This document shows positions 22,516 to 32,000 of a DNA stretch of 32,000 bases, piece after piece (positions within the stretch are counted from its first letter, which is position 1; each line of letters opens with the position of its first letter). This stretch comes from Mycobacterium leprae TN. GTDB taxonomy: Bacteria > Actinomycetota > Actinomycetes > Mycobacteriales > Mycobacteriaceae. Position numbers and translations under genes: made by a program. The notes beneath the pieces are model-generated. The model had not been told where the DNA came from. It searched no databases and worked only from the letters and a program-made list of their open reading frames with translations. The stretch spans positions 1,710,001-1,742,000 of the forward strand of contig NC_002677.1 in NCBI RefSeq assembly GCF_000195855.1. The letters run 5' to 3'.

Positions 22516-22829
22516 GCGTTCAACCTGGACCAGTGCTTTGCGCAACGCTTCAGTCGCATGCTGAAGTTGATCAACCACTACAAACCTCGCCTAAACATCT
22601 ATTGGTCTCAAAACGCCGAATGCGGTTCTCGCCAAGTCACAATAGGGTTCTGCACGAAGCGACGTCGTTGTTTTTTCGACCGGTATCGCTTTTTCAACCA
22701 GTTCTCGCTGCTCTCTGACCCAAGAAATGTCGCTGGTGAGCATGGCCAACTCCGGCAGGATTTCAAAACGTCGAATACTCCCAGTTTCCATGAATCGAAT
22801 TGCCGCGGTGTCTACGCCGCCACAAAATC

Positions 22830-23162
22830 GCGGGGCCAGGCACGCTAGACACCCACACGTCGGCAACCCTGGCAGCCTGGATCAGCACCTCACACAGTTC
22901 ACGCAGTTCAATCGAGCTGGCTCCTTGCATCAAGATCTTCCGCTGCCCATCGCACCTGATACATGCGATCCGACAGGTCGGCCGACAACACGACTGCGCC
23001 CGCTGGAAAAGTCCCAGCCTCACCACGGTTCACTAAGGCCCGTTGCTCGTACACGCGCTGCCGGCAAGACTGCCGACAGTATTGGTGGCACCGACTCATC
23101 CCGACATCGGTCACATCTCGACCACACCAGGGGCATGGTTGGGGCCGGAAACGACGCGTCAC
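22830..23162 (-). pseudogene. Rv2049c-like small conserved protein, C-terminal frameshift
   Basis: CPWCGRDVTDVGMSRCHQYCRQSCRQRVYEQRALVNRGEAGTFPAGAVVLSADLSDRMYQVRWAAEDLDARSQLD*; the continuation ELRELCEVLIQAARVADV lies in another frame. Confidence 0.55.
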
Positions 23163-23346
23163 GCCTGTCGAGTTTAGTCCGCTAGTCCGTTAAGGTGCGC
23201 GAACCCGGGGTATCCTTGATGTTCACGTCGCGTGCCCCTACGTGCCAGTTCGGGAACTACACGAACCCTCGTAACGTTTGGCAGACGAAAAGAACCATCC
23301 GCACAGGAGCCAAGAGCTCACAGCACTATTTAAGGAGAGTATGCCG

Positions 23347-23682
23347 ATGGCTGATCGAGTCCTGAGAGGCAGTCGCCTCGGTGCCGTGAGCTACGAGACC
23401 GATCGCAACCACGATCTCGCGCCACGTCAGATAGCGCGGTACCGCACCGACAACGGCGAGGAGTTCGAAGTGCCCTTCGCTGACGACGCTGATATACCCG
23501 GTACCTGGCTGTGTCGCAACGGCATGGAAGGCACCCTGATCGAGGGTGACCTGCCTGAGCCGAAGATGGTCAAGCCCCCGCGTACGCACTGGGACATGCT
23601 GTTGGAGCGCCGCTCCATCGAGGAGCTCGAAGAACTACTCAAGGAGCGCTTGGACTTGATCCGGTCCCGCCGCCGCGGCTGA
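23347..23682 (+). CDS. rbpA: RNA polymerase-binding protein RbpA
   Basis: 111 aa: [111 protein letters not shown]. Near-identical to remembered mycobacterial RbpA. Confidence 0.97.
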   Translation: MADRVLRGSRLGAVSYETDRNHDLAPRQIARYRTDNGEEFEVPFADDADIPGTWLCRNGMEGTLIEGDLPEPKMVKPPRTHWDMLLERRSIEELEELLKERLDLIRSRRRG

Positions 23683-24472
23683 CCGAGTTATACGCACGCC
23701 CTGTTCGAGCGCGTTGGATTCGTCCATCGATACCCCATCGAGTCACTTTGACCAGTGCCTCGCGAATGTTGGATCCGCTCATTTTAGACAGACCAAATTC
23801 ACGCTCGGTAAAAGTAATCGGCACTTCGATGATCACGAACCCGTTGTTCACAGTGCGCCAAGTGAGATCGATCTGGAAGCAATAACCCTTTGAGGCCACA
23901 CTGTCAAGATCGATTGCCTCGAGCACTTCGCGGCGATAGGCACGATAGCCGGCGGTGATGTCGTGGACGTCGATGCCGAGCGCCAACCGCGAATATTTGT
24001 TGGCCGTCTTAGACAAAGCCAGGCGCTGCCACGGCCAGTTCCGCACTGTCCCCCCATTGACATAGCGCGAACCGATAGCAAGGTCGGCTCCGGCGTCGAC
24101 GGCACCGAGTAGACGGTGTAGTTGTTCGGGCGCGTGACTTCCGTCCGCATCCATCTCCACCAGCACCGAGTAGTCCCGACTCATACCCCAGGCAAACCCT
24201 GCTAGATACGCCGTACCCAGACCATCCTTAGTGGTGCGGTGCATCACGTGGGTACAACCCGGGTCGACCTGTGCCAGCTCGTCGGCAAGTTCTCCAGTGC
24301 CATCGGGACTGCCGTCGTCCACAATGAGCACGTGTATCTCTGGGTATGCGTCCTTTAGTCGCCCATGGGTCACCGGAAGGTTCTCCAACTCATTGAATGT
24401 GGGGATGATTACCAGGACGCACTGACTGGGACGATTACCCGATATCTTGCGCGCAGGCTGGCCGGTGATCAT
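23639..24472 (-). CDS. ppm1: Polyprenol monophosphomannose synthase, GT2 family
   Basis: 277 aa: [82 protein letters not shown]. Matches the catalytic domain of mycobacterial Ppm1. Confidence 0.94.
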   Translation of the reverse strand: MITGQPARKISGNRPSQCVLVIIPTFNELENLPVTHGRLKDAYPEIHVLIVDDGSPDGTGELADELAQVDPGCTHVMHRTTKDGLGTAYLAGFAWGMSRDYSVLVEMDADGSHAPEQLHRLLGAVDAGADLAIGSRYVNGGTVRNWPWQRLALSKTANKYSRLALGIDVHDITAGYRAYRREVLEAIDLDSVASKGYCFQIDLTWRTVNNGFVIIEVPITFTEREFGLSKMSGSNIREALVKVTRWGIDGRIQRARTGRAYNSVSRGGGTGSSPSAP

Positions 24473-26403
24473 TTAGCTCCTTTGTGTCGCCCGAAATAAC
24501 GTGGCTTTTGGCCGCCCTTATAGATAGAGCGGAGTGTAGTCACCAGCCGGCTCAGGTGGATTAGCGGTCGATCCCCCAGGCGGAGTGTCAACGCCTCCCT
24601 AACATTCGCCTGGCGTACCCGAGTCTTCAGACTCGCCGATGACCCTAGACCCAAAACGATACGGGAGCGGGAACCATTATTGTGCCGCATGGCGGCGAGC
24701 ACGATCGCTCCAGCCGTTCCGACTAGGATCCACTGCAAGGTCAGACCCCAGCAAGTTGCTGGAGTCAGCTTCGCCTTAAGACGCACCTGCATGTCCAGAT
24801 ATGCGGGCACAAAGAAGTCGGTGCGGACCAATTCGCTGCCGTCCGGCGCAATCACCGAGCTGATCCCGGTGGTGCCGGTAACCACCACATATCGGTCGTG
24901 CTCCACAGCTCGGACTTTGGCGAAGGCCAACTGTTGCTCACTCATCGTTTTGTTGAAAGTAGCGTTGTTGGTGGGCGCCGCCAGCAATTGGGCGCCATTG
25001 AGGACAGCTTTTCGCGCAGCACGGTCAAAGATCACTTCCCAACAGGTGGTCACCCCGATAGGTACCCCCGCGATACGCACGACACCACTACTTTGACTTT
25101 GGCGGGGCACGATGTGGCTCACCCGGTCGGCATACTTAGAAAGACGCTTAAAAAGCCACGGCATCGGCAAATACTCGCCGAAAGGTTGCACAATTTCCTT
25201 GTCATGGCGATCAGCCGGTCCGGTGCCAGGATTCCAGACAATCACTGTATTGGTGTACTCGGGGGCTTGTGGTACAGGGCCTTGGACATCAAGCACGGTG
25301 CCGACTAAGATCGGCGCGTCAATCGTCGCGGCCGCCACCGTGATCTCTTGCCCAGCATCGCCATTGACTAGTGGATCGATATCCGACGCATTCTCGGGCC
25401 AGATCACGAATTGAGGTTGCGGGACGATTCCAGCACGCACGTCCTCGGCCAGTCGCAGCGTCTCATGGACGTGGTTGTCCAGCACAGCTCGGCGTTGCGC
25501 GTTGAAGTCAAGACCGAGCCGCGGTACGTTGCCCTGTACTGCCGCGACAGTAATCACAGGTTCGCCGCCCGATCCTGCACCCGCGTGCCGCACCTGGGGC
25601 CAAACAACGACGACGGCCAGCAACACCAGGCACACACAAACACCTGGCAGCACCACCGCCGGCGGTGGATCGCTTCTATTCGACTGACCACTGCTTCGCC
25701 ACCACTTAACGACTTCTAATGCGATCGCGGTAGTGCTGCATCCCACCAGCACAATCGCCATCGAGAGCAACGGAGCGCCACCGAGTTGAGCCAATGGCAG
25801 TAACGGGCCATCGGCTTGGCCGAAGGCCACCGACCCCCAGGGAAAGCCGCCGAACGGAACGACCGACTTCAACCACTCTTGCGCCGCCCACACCACCGCA
25901 AACCAGATCGGCCAACCCGGCAGCGGGCCCACTACGACAGCGAGCAGGCCAAAAAAACCGGGCAAAAACGCGGCTGCGGTCGCCAGCGCCCACCAGGGCG
26001 TGGCACCCACAAGACTGCTGATCCACGACAACAACGGCAGATAGAACGCTAACCCGAACAGAAATCCATAGCCCAGACCACCTACAGGTGTCGTAGTTGG
26101 GTGCGTCAAGACCCAAGCCAGCAGCGCGAAGGCGACAACGGCGGCCCACCACCAGTTCAGCGACGGGAAGCTGGCGCAAAACAGCAAACCGGCCACCACG
26201 GCAACAACCAGCCGTGGCAGACGCGGCACCAGCATAGCCCAGGTAGCGGGTACCCGTGCTACCGTCGCAACACCCATTTGCGCGAGTGCGTGACACACTG
26301 TGGCACGCAGCTTAACGACCCGGCTGGGTACCGCAAGCGTAGCGAAGGCGCCGTTCACCGGGTCGTCATCGACTGGGTCAATCTCGATGATTTCATCAAC
26401 CAT
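24469..26403 (-). CDS. lnt: Apolipoprotein N-acyltransferase
   Basis: 644 aa with N-terminal membrane segments and a nitrilase-like domain: [47 protein letters not shown], consistent with the Glu-Lys-Cys triad. Confidence 0.94.
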   Translation of the reverse strand: MVDEIIEIDPVDDDPVNGAFATLAVPSRVVKLRATVCHALAQMGVATVARVPATWAMLVPRLPRLVVAVVAGLLFCASFPSLNWWWAAVVAFALLAWVLTHPTTTPVGGLGYGFLFGLAFYLPLLSWISSLVGATPWWALATAAAFLPGFFGLLAVVVGPLPGWPIWFAVVWAAQEWLKSVVPFGGFPWGSVAFGQADGPLLPLAQLGGAPLLSMAIVLVGCSTTAIALEVVKWWRSSGQSNRSDPPPAVVLPGVCVCLVLLAVVVVWPQVRHAGAGSGGEPVITVAAVQGNVPRLGLDFNAQRRAVLDNHVHETLRLAEDVRAGIVPQPQFVIWPENASDIDPLVNGDAGQEITVAAATIDAPILVGTVLDVQGPVPQAPEYTNTVIVWNPGTGPADRHDKEIVQPFGEYLPMPWLFKRLSKYADRVSHIVPRQSQSSGVVRIAGVPIGVTTCWEVIFDRAARKAVLNGAQLLAAPTNNATFNKTMSEQQLAFAKVRAVEHDRYVVVTGTTGISSVIAPDGSELVRTDFFVPAYLDMQVRLKAKLTPATCWGLTLQWILVGTAGAIVLAAMRHNNGSRSRIVLGLGSSASLKTRVRQANVREALTLRLGDRPLIHLSRLVTTLRSIYKGGQKPRYFGRHKGAK

Positions 26404-27960
26404 AGATCACAGCACCCCAGGGCACGGTTTGGCAGCAACGCGGTACGGCGTCGGTCGAGCCCAGCCACGGAAAGCGGGGCACCCACGAACGTAGGTCAGG
26501 AGACCGTTGCTGGACGGCGTAGCGCGGCGCACCGACGTCAATGGCCTCGGCGTCCCACACAGCATAGGACACCGGCTTGTCAGAAACCAGGGCGCCAATC
26601 TTGCCGTCGCGGGCAACACCTGCCCACCAGCCGCCTCGGGTAGCGCCAGCGAATGTTGCTCGCGCCGAGACTGCGCTTCCGGGAGTGTAGTGATTGACCG
26701 CTGCCTGCACGCTGACCGACAGATCAAGACTTGTTACCGGGATATCTAAATCTAGCGCAAGGAGCATGCCGTGGGATGCTAACAGCGCTAGCAGGTTGAG
26801 TTCACTGCATCGCTTTACACCCAGGTGAGGGGCGTACGTGCCGTTGCCGCCGTCCCAGAGCACATCAAAATTCAGTTGCACACTGGCGATGAGACCCGAG
26901 CGCCCAGTTTGGCCACCTGATCCGTGGCCACTACAATAAATGTGCTCCAAACGGTGCCTACACCGGGCCAGCGCTCCCACCTTCAGGTTCACGACAACCC
27001 CTTCGAAAGCGGCGACCACCGCCGAGACTGCCGCATCGCCGATGATGTGAAACTCCGCCGTCACCTGCGCCTCGGTACAAGCTTGCAAATGCGCTTCAAT
27101 AACGTCGGGCTCGAGGTAACAGGTGACCGTCCGATCCGGCGCATCCGTATACGGCCGGTGTAGCCAGGCAGCACGCAATCCTAGGGTCCCGCCGACGAAC
27201 AGGTCACCGACCCAAACCGCGAGCCCCAGTCTCGTTCACCAGTGCGCAAGCAGCTACCCTTGTGATCAAGGCTCACCCCGGGTAACCGATTACTTCGACG
27301 CCATAACTGGGGGCACGAACTTGCAGCCAGTCGTCGAGCCCGTCAATGTTGGAGCTGGCGCATTCGTGCACCGCGACGATGCCCGCTGCTGCCACCGCTA
27401 GCGCCATGAGCCAGGCATCGGCTAACTGCGGGGTGATTAGTTAGGTCACAAGCAGCGGCTCACGCCAGGTGATGAGCGTCGCCGGTCAGCGGCTGCTGGG
27501 CCACGAAACCAGCCGCCTCCACTAATTCCGGGACCAGCCGCCACAGCCCAGTAGAAGCCAACGCGGAATGCACGTCTACGCGTGCTATGTAGGCGGGCCG
27601 CTCACCGCATCCAGATCATTGGTGCTCGGCGCAGTGCGATTGGGCTACGCCTATTCGTCCCACCCGTGCCCCCACACCGGTTGGTTCGAGAATAGGCGAC
27701 CGTGTTATATCGGTGACTATCTGAATATAGTGCGCGCACGAGACAGCTGGGTGCAGATCCAGTCCACTGAACATCAGACCAGTAGCGCTCAGGTGAATAT
27801 GGCTGTCCATTAACCGCGGCTCCACGAATACCATCACCATCATCGATATCCCTCCACGTAAGCGTCCGGAAACTGGCTGTGACCGATATCGTCGCTGCCT
27901 AGCCAGCCGACAAAGATCACCACGCACCACCATCACAGTGGCATCTGGGTGGTTGGGGCT
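26396..27960 (-). pseudogene. Amidohydrolase family protein (Rv2052c-like), degraded
   Basis: N-terminal fragment FVEPRLMDSHIHLSATGLMFSGLDL. C-terminal ORF 26396..27178: AWLHRPYTDAPDRTVTCYLEPDVIEAHLQACTEAQVTAEFHIIGDAAVSAVVAAFE...ALARCRHRLEHI...IASVQLNFDVLW, YtcJ/amidohydrolase-3 style. Confidence 0.7.
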
Positions 27961-28039
27961 TGTACACATAGCCGTTCACCAACAGCCTGGTGGAAGTCCG
28001 AGTCAGACCGCAAAACTACATGGGGTCCAGGGTTAGGTA

Positions 28040-28515
28040 TTAGGGCAAGATCGGTGCTTCGACGTCTAACACGTCAATGACCTCACCCTCGATGCAGTCG
28101 TGACCATCGCCGGCAACCGTCGTATCGGTGACCAGTGGCATCCGTTGCCGGAAACTACGCACGGCAAGTGCGGTCAATCCGGGACTAGCAACCGCTCGAT
28201 TCGAGCGGTTGCTAGTCCCTAACGCCGTGATAACCAATCCGGTAATCAGCGCCAGAATCGTGGCCACAGTAACCACCGCACCGTCGTTACTGTGGTGCAC
28301 AGTTCAGCGAGACCCGACCGCAGCTGCACGAGCCGAGCACGAATCTGCCACCCGCCAAGCAGGTCCACGAGGTCTCACCCAAGCACGACTGACAGCCAAC
28401 AGGGGCCCAGCCAAACACGATCACCGACACCAACGCAAAAATCGCCGCCAGCTCGACAACCACGTAAATCAGGAACAACTTGCCGCACCATGTGATGCCA
28501 AGGTGTGTTGAGCTA
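28040..28515 (-). pseudogene. fxsA: FxsA-family membrane protein, frameshifted
   Basis: KLFLIYVVVELAAIFALVSVIVFGW, then in another frame GAVVTVATILALITGLVITALGTSNRSNRAVASPGLTALAVRSF. Position matches Rv2053c. Confidence 0.72.
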
Positions 28516-28594
28516 CGCTCAGATGTGCCTTGTAGGCACATCTGAGCCCTATACTAAAAATATAGGACATACATGACGTTATGAAGATGATGTT

Positions 28595-29293
28595 ATGACC
28601 AAGATTCAGATCGACGCACCCGACGGACCGATCGATGCGCTGCTGAGTGTCCCCCCGGGGCCTGAGCCATGGCCGGGCGTAGTTGTGATTCACGACGCTA
28701 TCGGCTACGAACCCGATAAGGAGTCGACCAACAACCACATCGCCATGGCGGGCTACGTGGCGATTACGCCGAATTTGTACTCACGCGGTAGCCGTGCCCG
28801 CTGCATCACCCGAGTCATGCGTGAGCTACTGACCAAGCGAGGCCGCGCCTTTGACGACATTCTGGCTACCCGCGATTACCTGTTGGCCATGCCGAAATGC
28901 TCAGGACGTGTCGGTATCGCAGGCTTCTGCATGGGCGGTCGGTTCGCACTCGTTATGTCGCCCAAAGGTTTTGACGCCTCTGCTCCGTTCTACGGCACTC
29001 CATTGCCTCGCAACCTCAGCGAGACGCTGAACGGAGCATGCCCGATTGTGGCGAGCTTTGGTGGCCGTGACCCGCTGGGTATTGGCGCACCCAAGCGATT
29101 GCGCCAAGCGACCCAGACCCGGCACATCACCACTGACATCAAGGTCTACCCCGATGCCGGGCACAGTTTCGCGAACAAGCTTCCCGGCCAGCCACTAATG
29201 CGTATCACGGGTTTCGGCTACAACCAGGCCGCCACCGAGGATGCGTGGAGCCGTGTCTTCGCGTTCTTCGACAAGCATCTGCGAACCGACTGA
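28595..29293 (+). CDS. Dienelactone hydrolase family protein (Rv2054-like)
   Basis: 232 aa: PEPWPGVVVIHDAIGY, GRVGIAGFCMGGRFAL (Cys nucleophile), FGGRDPLG, VYPDAGHSFAN. Confidence 0.94.
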   Translation: MTKIQIDAPDGPIDALLSVPPGPEPWPGVVVIHDAIGYEPDKESTNNHIAMAGYVAITPNLYSRGSRARCITRVMRELLTKRGRAFDDILATRDYLLAMPKCSGRVGIAGFCMGGRFALVMSPKGFDASAPFYGTPLPRNLSETLNGACPIVASFGGRDPLGIGAPKRLRQATQTRHITTDIKVYPDAGHSFANKLPGQPLMRITGFGYNQAATEDAWSRVFAFFDKHLRTD

Positions 29294-29379
29294 GACGCCT
29301 CACGGTGCGCCATCCCGGTTGAGCGCACAGATTCGCGACAACGATATTGGCGAAGGTATGTTTAAGGTATGTTTTGAGT

Positions 29380-29988
29380 ATCACCTAGCCAGCACGCCGA
29401 CAGTTAACTGCCGCCGTCGACGACGAACGCCGACCATGAATTGCTCATCATATCGCACCACCATGCCGGAGATCTTAAGCAAGCCAATACGGCGTTTCGC
29501 GGATGACGTCACAGAAATCCGTTGGGCCTTTGGAGAGCACGGATAACCTCCGACTGCACCGGAGATATACCCGCATGGCTGACCACCTCCTCGAGGTAGA
29601 TAGATGCCGCAGTAGTTGGAATCCCAGCAGCGTGTCACGCAGGTCATCCACTAGCCGATACGCTCCAGCACCCACGTCAGCGCTGTAGTCCGGCATTCGT
29701 ACAAGATCACACTATACTGGCCGTCGGGCATCAGTAACGCATCGATGCTGTCCACGCTGGCCTCTGTCCAGCGGACGAGATGCTGCAACTTAACCGATAG
29801 CAACATGTCCTGATATGCACGGCGGCCATCCTTATTCGCCTGCGGCGCAAACCCGATGACCAGGATGGCGCCCAAACACCGGAGAGCACCGACCAGACCT
29901 CAACACCCTGGCCATTGACCATGCTGTCGTCAGCCATCCCGGGCGTGCCGCTTTCGGTAACAAAAACCACGCGGTGACCTTTGGTCAC
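29380..29988 (-). pseudogene. Unidentified degraded coding region
   Basis: Coding-like minus-strand stretches shift between frames: TKGHRVVFVTESGTPGMADDSMVNGQGVEVWSVLSG; RRAYQDMLLSVKLQHLVRWTEASVDSIDALLMPDGQYSVILYE; SADVGAGAYRLVDDLRDTLLGFQLLRHL. Confidence 0.3.
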
Positions 29989-30097
29989 TCAAAACCCGCC
30001 ACTTGACCTCAACCCCAGGCCAACCTAGGCCGGATCGAAGTCCCGATCTGGAATCGGGATAAATACGGTGCTCATCGGTGCTGCCGACTTGTCGGAG

Positions 30098-30484
30098 TCA
30101 ACTTCCAGACACTCTGAGCTCAAGACCGACATTGTTTTGCATACCTCCGCGCAACTTGCTGACGAAGTTGAACAGCCGGCCCTGGATGCCGTACTGCTTG
30201 CAGATTGCGTCATAGACGCTGCCCGTTTGCAACTTATCGAGGATGGTGGCGTTACCCTGGACACCCGCGCTCGTCGCGCAACCACGTACGTTGCAAGTGG
30301 CTAGCGTAATCCGGGGGTTATTGCGGATTCGCTTGACCTTCCACGCCTTTCCCGCGGATATAGCTAGCAGCCGGTCGCCGTCAGCGGCCGCCCAGATGGG
30401 AGTCGGCTTGGGTCGGCCATCCTTGGTGAATGTGGTCAACAGGATGTACTTTGCCTTGGCTAAGTCGGCAAATGTGGGCGTCAC
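30098..30484 (-). CDS. F420-dependent/PPOX-fold family protein (Rv2061c-like)
   Basis: GTG start at 30484: VTPTFADLAKAKYILLTTFTKDGRPKPTPIWAAADGDRLLAISAGKAWKVKRIRNNPRITLATCNVRG...GRLFNFVSKLRGGMQNNVGLELRVSGS, 128 aa. Confidence 0.88.
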   Translation of the reverse strand: MTPTFADLAKAKYILLTTFTKDGRPKPTPIWAAADGDRLLAISAGKAWKVKRIRNNPRITLATCNVRGCATSAGVQGNATILDKLQTGSVYDAICKQYGIQGRLFNFVSKLRGGMQNNVGLELRVSGS

Positions 30485-30514
30485 AGCCCCAAGCTTACCG
30501 GTGGCGAACCGTCC

Positions 30515-30850
30515 AGATCGCCCTAGGTTTCCAACAGCACCTGACGCAACTGATCGAGAATGCTCGGTTGCGAGCCGGCCCACATGCTGCGGTCATTCAC
30601 CTCCAGCAGATGTTAGGTCATATAGTGCAATGCCCACGGGCTGGACTCCGCCATGCGCTCCCGGTTCTCCGAGTCCAGAACGTAGCGCTAGGCAAGTTGT
30701 TCATACATCCAGTCGGCCATTACCCTGGTGGTGGCGTCATAACCGAACAGTTAATCAACGGTCACCGCCATCTCGAACGCCCCCTTGTAGCTCTGTGCCG
30801 ACGCAACGCACCTGCTGCACGAAATCAATCAGTGCGGCCATCAATCAGTC
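30515..30850 (-). pseudogene. cobN: C-terminal remnant of cobaltochelatase subunit CobN
   Basis: FEMAVTVD*LFGYDATTRVMADWMYEQLA*RYVLDSENRERMAESSPWALHYMT*HLLEVNDRSMWAGSQPSILDQLRQVLLET*GDLDG. Confidence 0.85.
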
Positions 30851-30903
30851 TACGACAATTGGTCGTAGACTGATTGATGGCCGCACATTTAAAGTGGATC
30901 CCT

Positions 30904-31458
30904 ATGATCGCGTCTAGCGGCGACGAGGCCGTTACTGACCTCGCCTTAGCAGCTGCACGCGGGAGCAAACGAGCACTGGAGGCGTTTATCAAAGCCACCC
31001 AGCAAGATGTGTGGCGGTTCGTCGCCTACTTGTCGGATGTGGGCAATGCCGACGATTTGACTCAGGAGACGTTCCTGCGAGCAATTGGAGCCATCGAGCG
31101 GTTTTCCGGACATTCCAGCGGCCGAACCTGGCTGCTGGCCATTGCGCGCCGGGTGGTCGCCGACCACATCCGCCGGGCCCAAACACGACCCCGCACCACC
31201 TTCGACGGCTACCCCGAACGCATGCTCAACGCCGACCGCCACGCCCGCGGATTCGAAGACCTCGTTGAAGTGACAACAATGATCGCCAACCTTGCCACCG
31301 AACAACGCGAAGCCCTGTTGCTCACTCAGCTTCTCGGGCTGCCCTACGCCGATGCCGCCGCGGTGTGCGGTTGCCCGGTGGGGACCATTCGATCCCGGGT
31401 CGCCCGTGCCCGGGACGCGCTGTTGGCCGACACCGAGCATAACCACCTGACCGGGTAG
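30904..31458 (+). CDS. sigC: ECF RNA polymerase sigma factor SigC
   Basis: [119 protein letters not shown]. Start probably ATG at 30904; ORF opens at 30874. Confidence 0.95.
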   Translation: MIASSGDEAVTDLALAAARGSKRALEAFIKATQQDVWRFVAYLSDVGNADDLTQETFLRAIGAIERFSGHSSGRTWLLAIARRVVADHIRRAQTRPRTTFDGYPERMLNADRHARGFEDLVEVTTMIANLATEQREALLLTQLLGLPYADAAAVCGCPVGTIRSRVARARDALLADTEHNHLTG

Positions 31459-31544
31459 AAATTTAGCACACAGCAAGGCGATTTCCCAGGCAACGGCATT
31501 GCTGAGTGCAATGACGACCCAAAACGTCGCTCCGTGCCTTATTA

Positions 31545-32000
31545 CTCTTTGTCCTTGCCGTGCAAGGAGTTTCTGCTTGCCCGAGTCGGGCTATCCATTC
31601 GGTGGCTTGATCGACGGTGCCGATGTTCGTCGTCCCCGTCCAAGTAGCGGCGACCACTGCACCATACTTACCGGTATATATAGAGCGGCAGCAGCATCCA
31701 ACTTCGTTCAGGTCATGTCGCCGCCGCTATTTTTGATGACCAGCGTGTCTATGGAGTGTACACGCAAGCAGCTCGAACTCGTCGTCGTAGGGACACGCCC
31801 CCGGGACAGCAGCACCTGATGATGACGCAGCAACAACGTCTCAGTCCAGTACGGTGACCACCCGAATTAAAAAAACCACGCCTCACTGTCGGTGAACGCC
31901 TTTACGCTAGAGCGGTTCGTGGTGAGAAAAACTCTCGAATGTGTTGTTCTACAATTGCTTATGACGCCTCGGCGGCGTATGCTGTGATGGTCGTCGCCGA
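31545..32000 (-). pseudogene. cobK: Precorrin-6A reductase CobK relic, cut by the window edge
   Basis: Across frames: FLTTNRSSVKAFTDSEAWFF, DTLVIKNSGGDMT*TKLDAAAALYIPV, GTTNIGTVDQATEWIARLGQ. Position beside sigC matches Rv2070c. Confidence 0.72.

Noticed and set aside
26101-26643. 180-aa plus-strand ORF over the lnt 5' region
   Set aside because: Antisense to the well-supported Lnt CDS, with no recognisable domain.
28040-28300. Apparent small standalone membrane protein ORF
   Set aside because: It is the C-terminal frame of the frameshifted fxsA relic, not an independent gene.
30946-31476. 176-aa minus-strand ORF opposite sigC
   Set aside because: Shadow ORF from high-GC codon bias. The plus strand is clearly SigC and the minus translation has no recognisable motif.

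Overview
The window looks like a reductively evolved, M. leprae-clade (M. leprae or M. lepromatosis) chromosomal segment. Recognisable genes follow the order of M. tuberculosis Rv2037c to Rv2070c. About ten genes look intact: a patatin-like protein, a four-gene sugar ABC transporter (ATPase, two permeases, binding lipoprotein), rbpA, ppm1 (glycosyltransferase), lnt, a dienelactone hydrolase (Rv2054-like), an F420/PPOX-fold small protein (Rv2061c-like) and sigC. The rest is mostly frameshifted or truncated pseudogenes that can be read across frames: a SigJ-like ECF sigma factor, Rv2042c-like, pncA, lipT, lppI, Rv2047c-like, pks12, Rv2049c-like, an amidohydrolase (Rv2052c-like), fxsA, cobN and cobK. 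Three observations stand out. (1) The pks12 relic is about 6.4 kb with one KS-AT-DH-ER-KR-ACP set, and looks like a two-module gene collapsed to one. (2) An AT-rich relic of an ImmA/IrrE-like metallopeptidase plus a MAB_1171c-like membrane protein sits between lppI and a truncated Rv2047c-like gene. (3) Large deletion scars bring the cobN 3' remnant next to sigC. I found no convincing CRISPR array, rRNA, tRNA, phage or intact novel defence system. Homology calls come from remembered family and protein patterns; no search was run.
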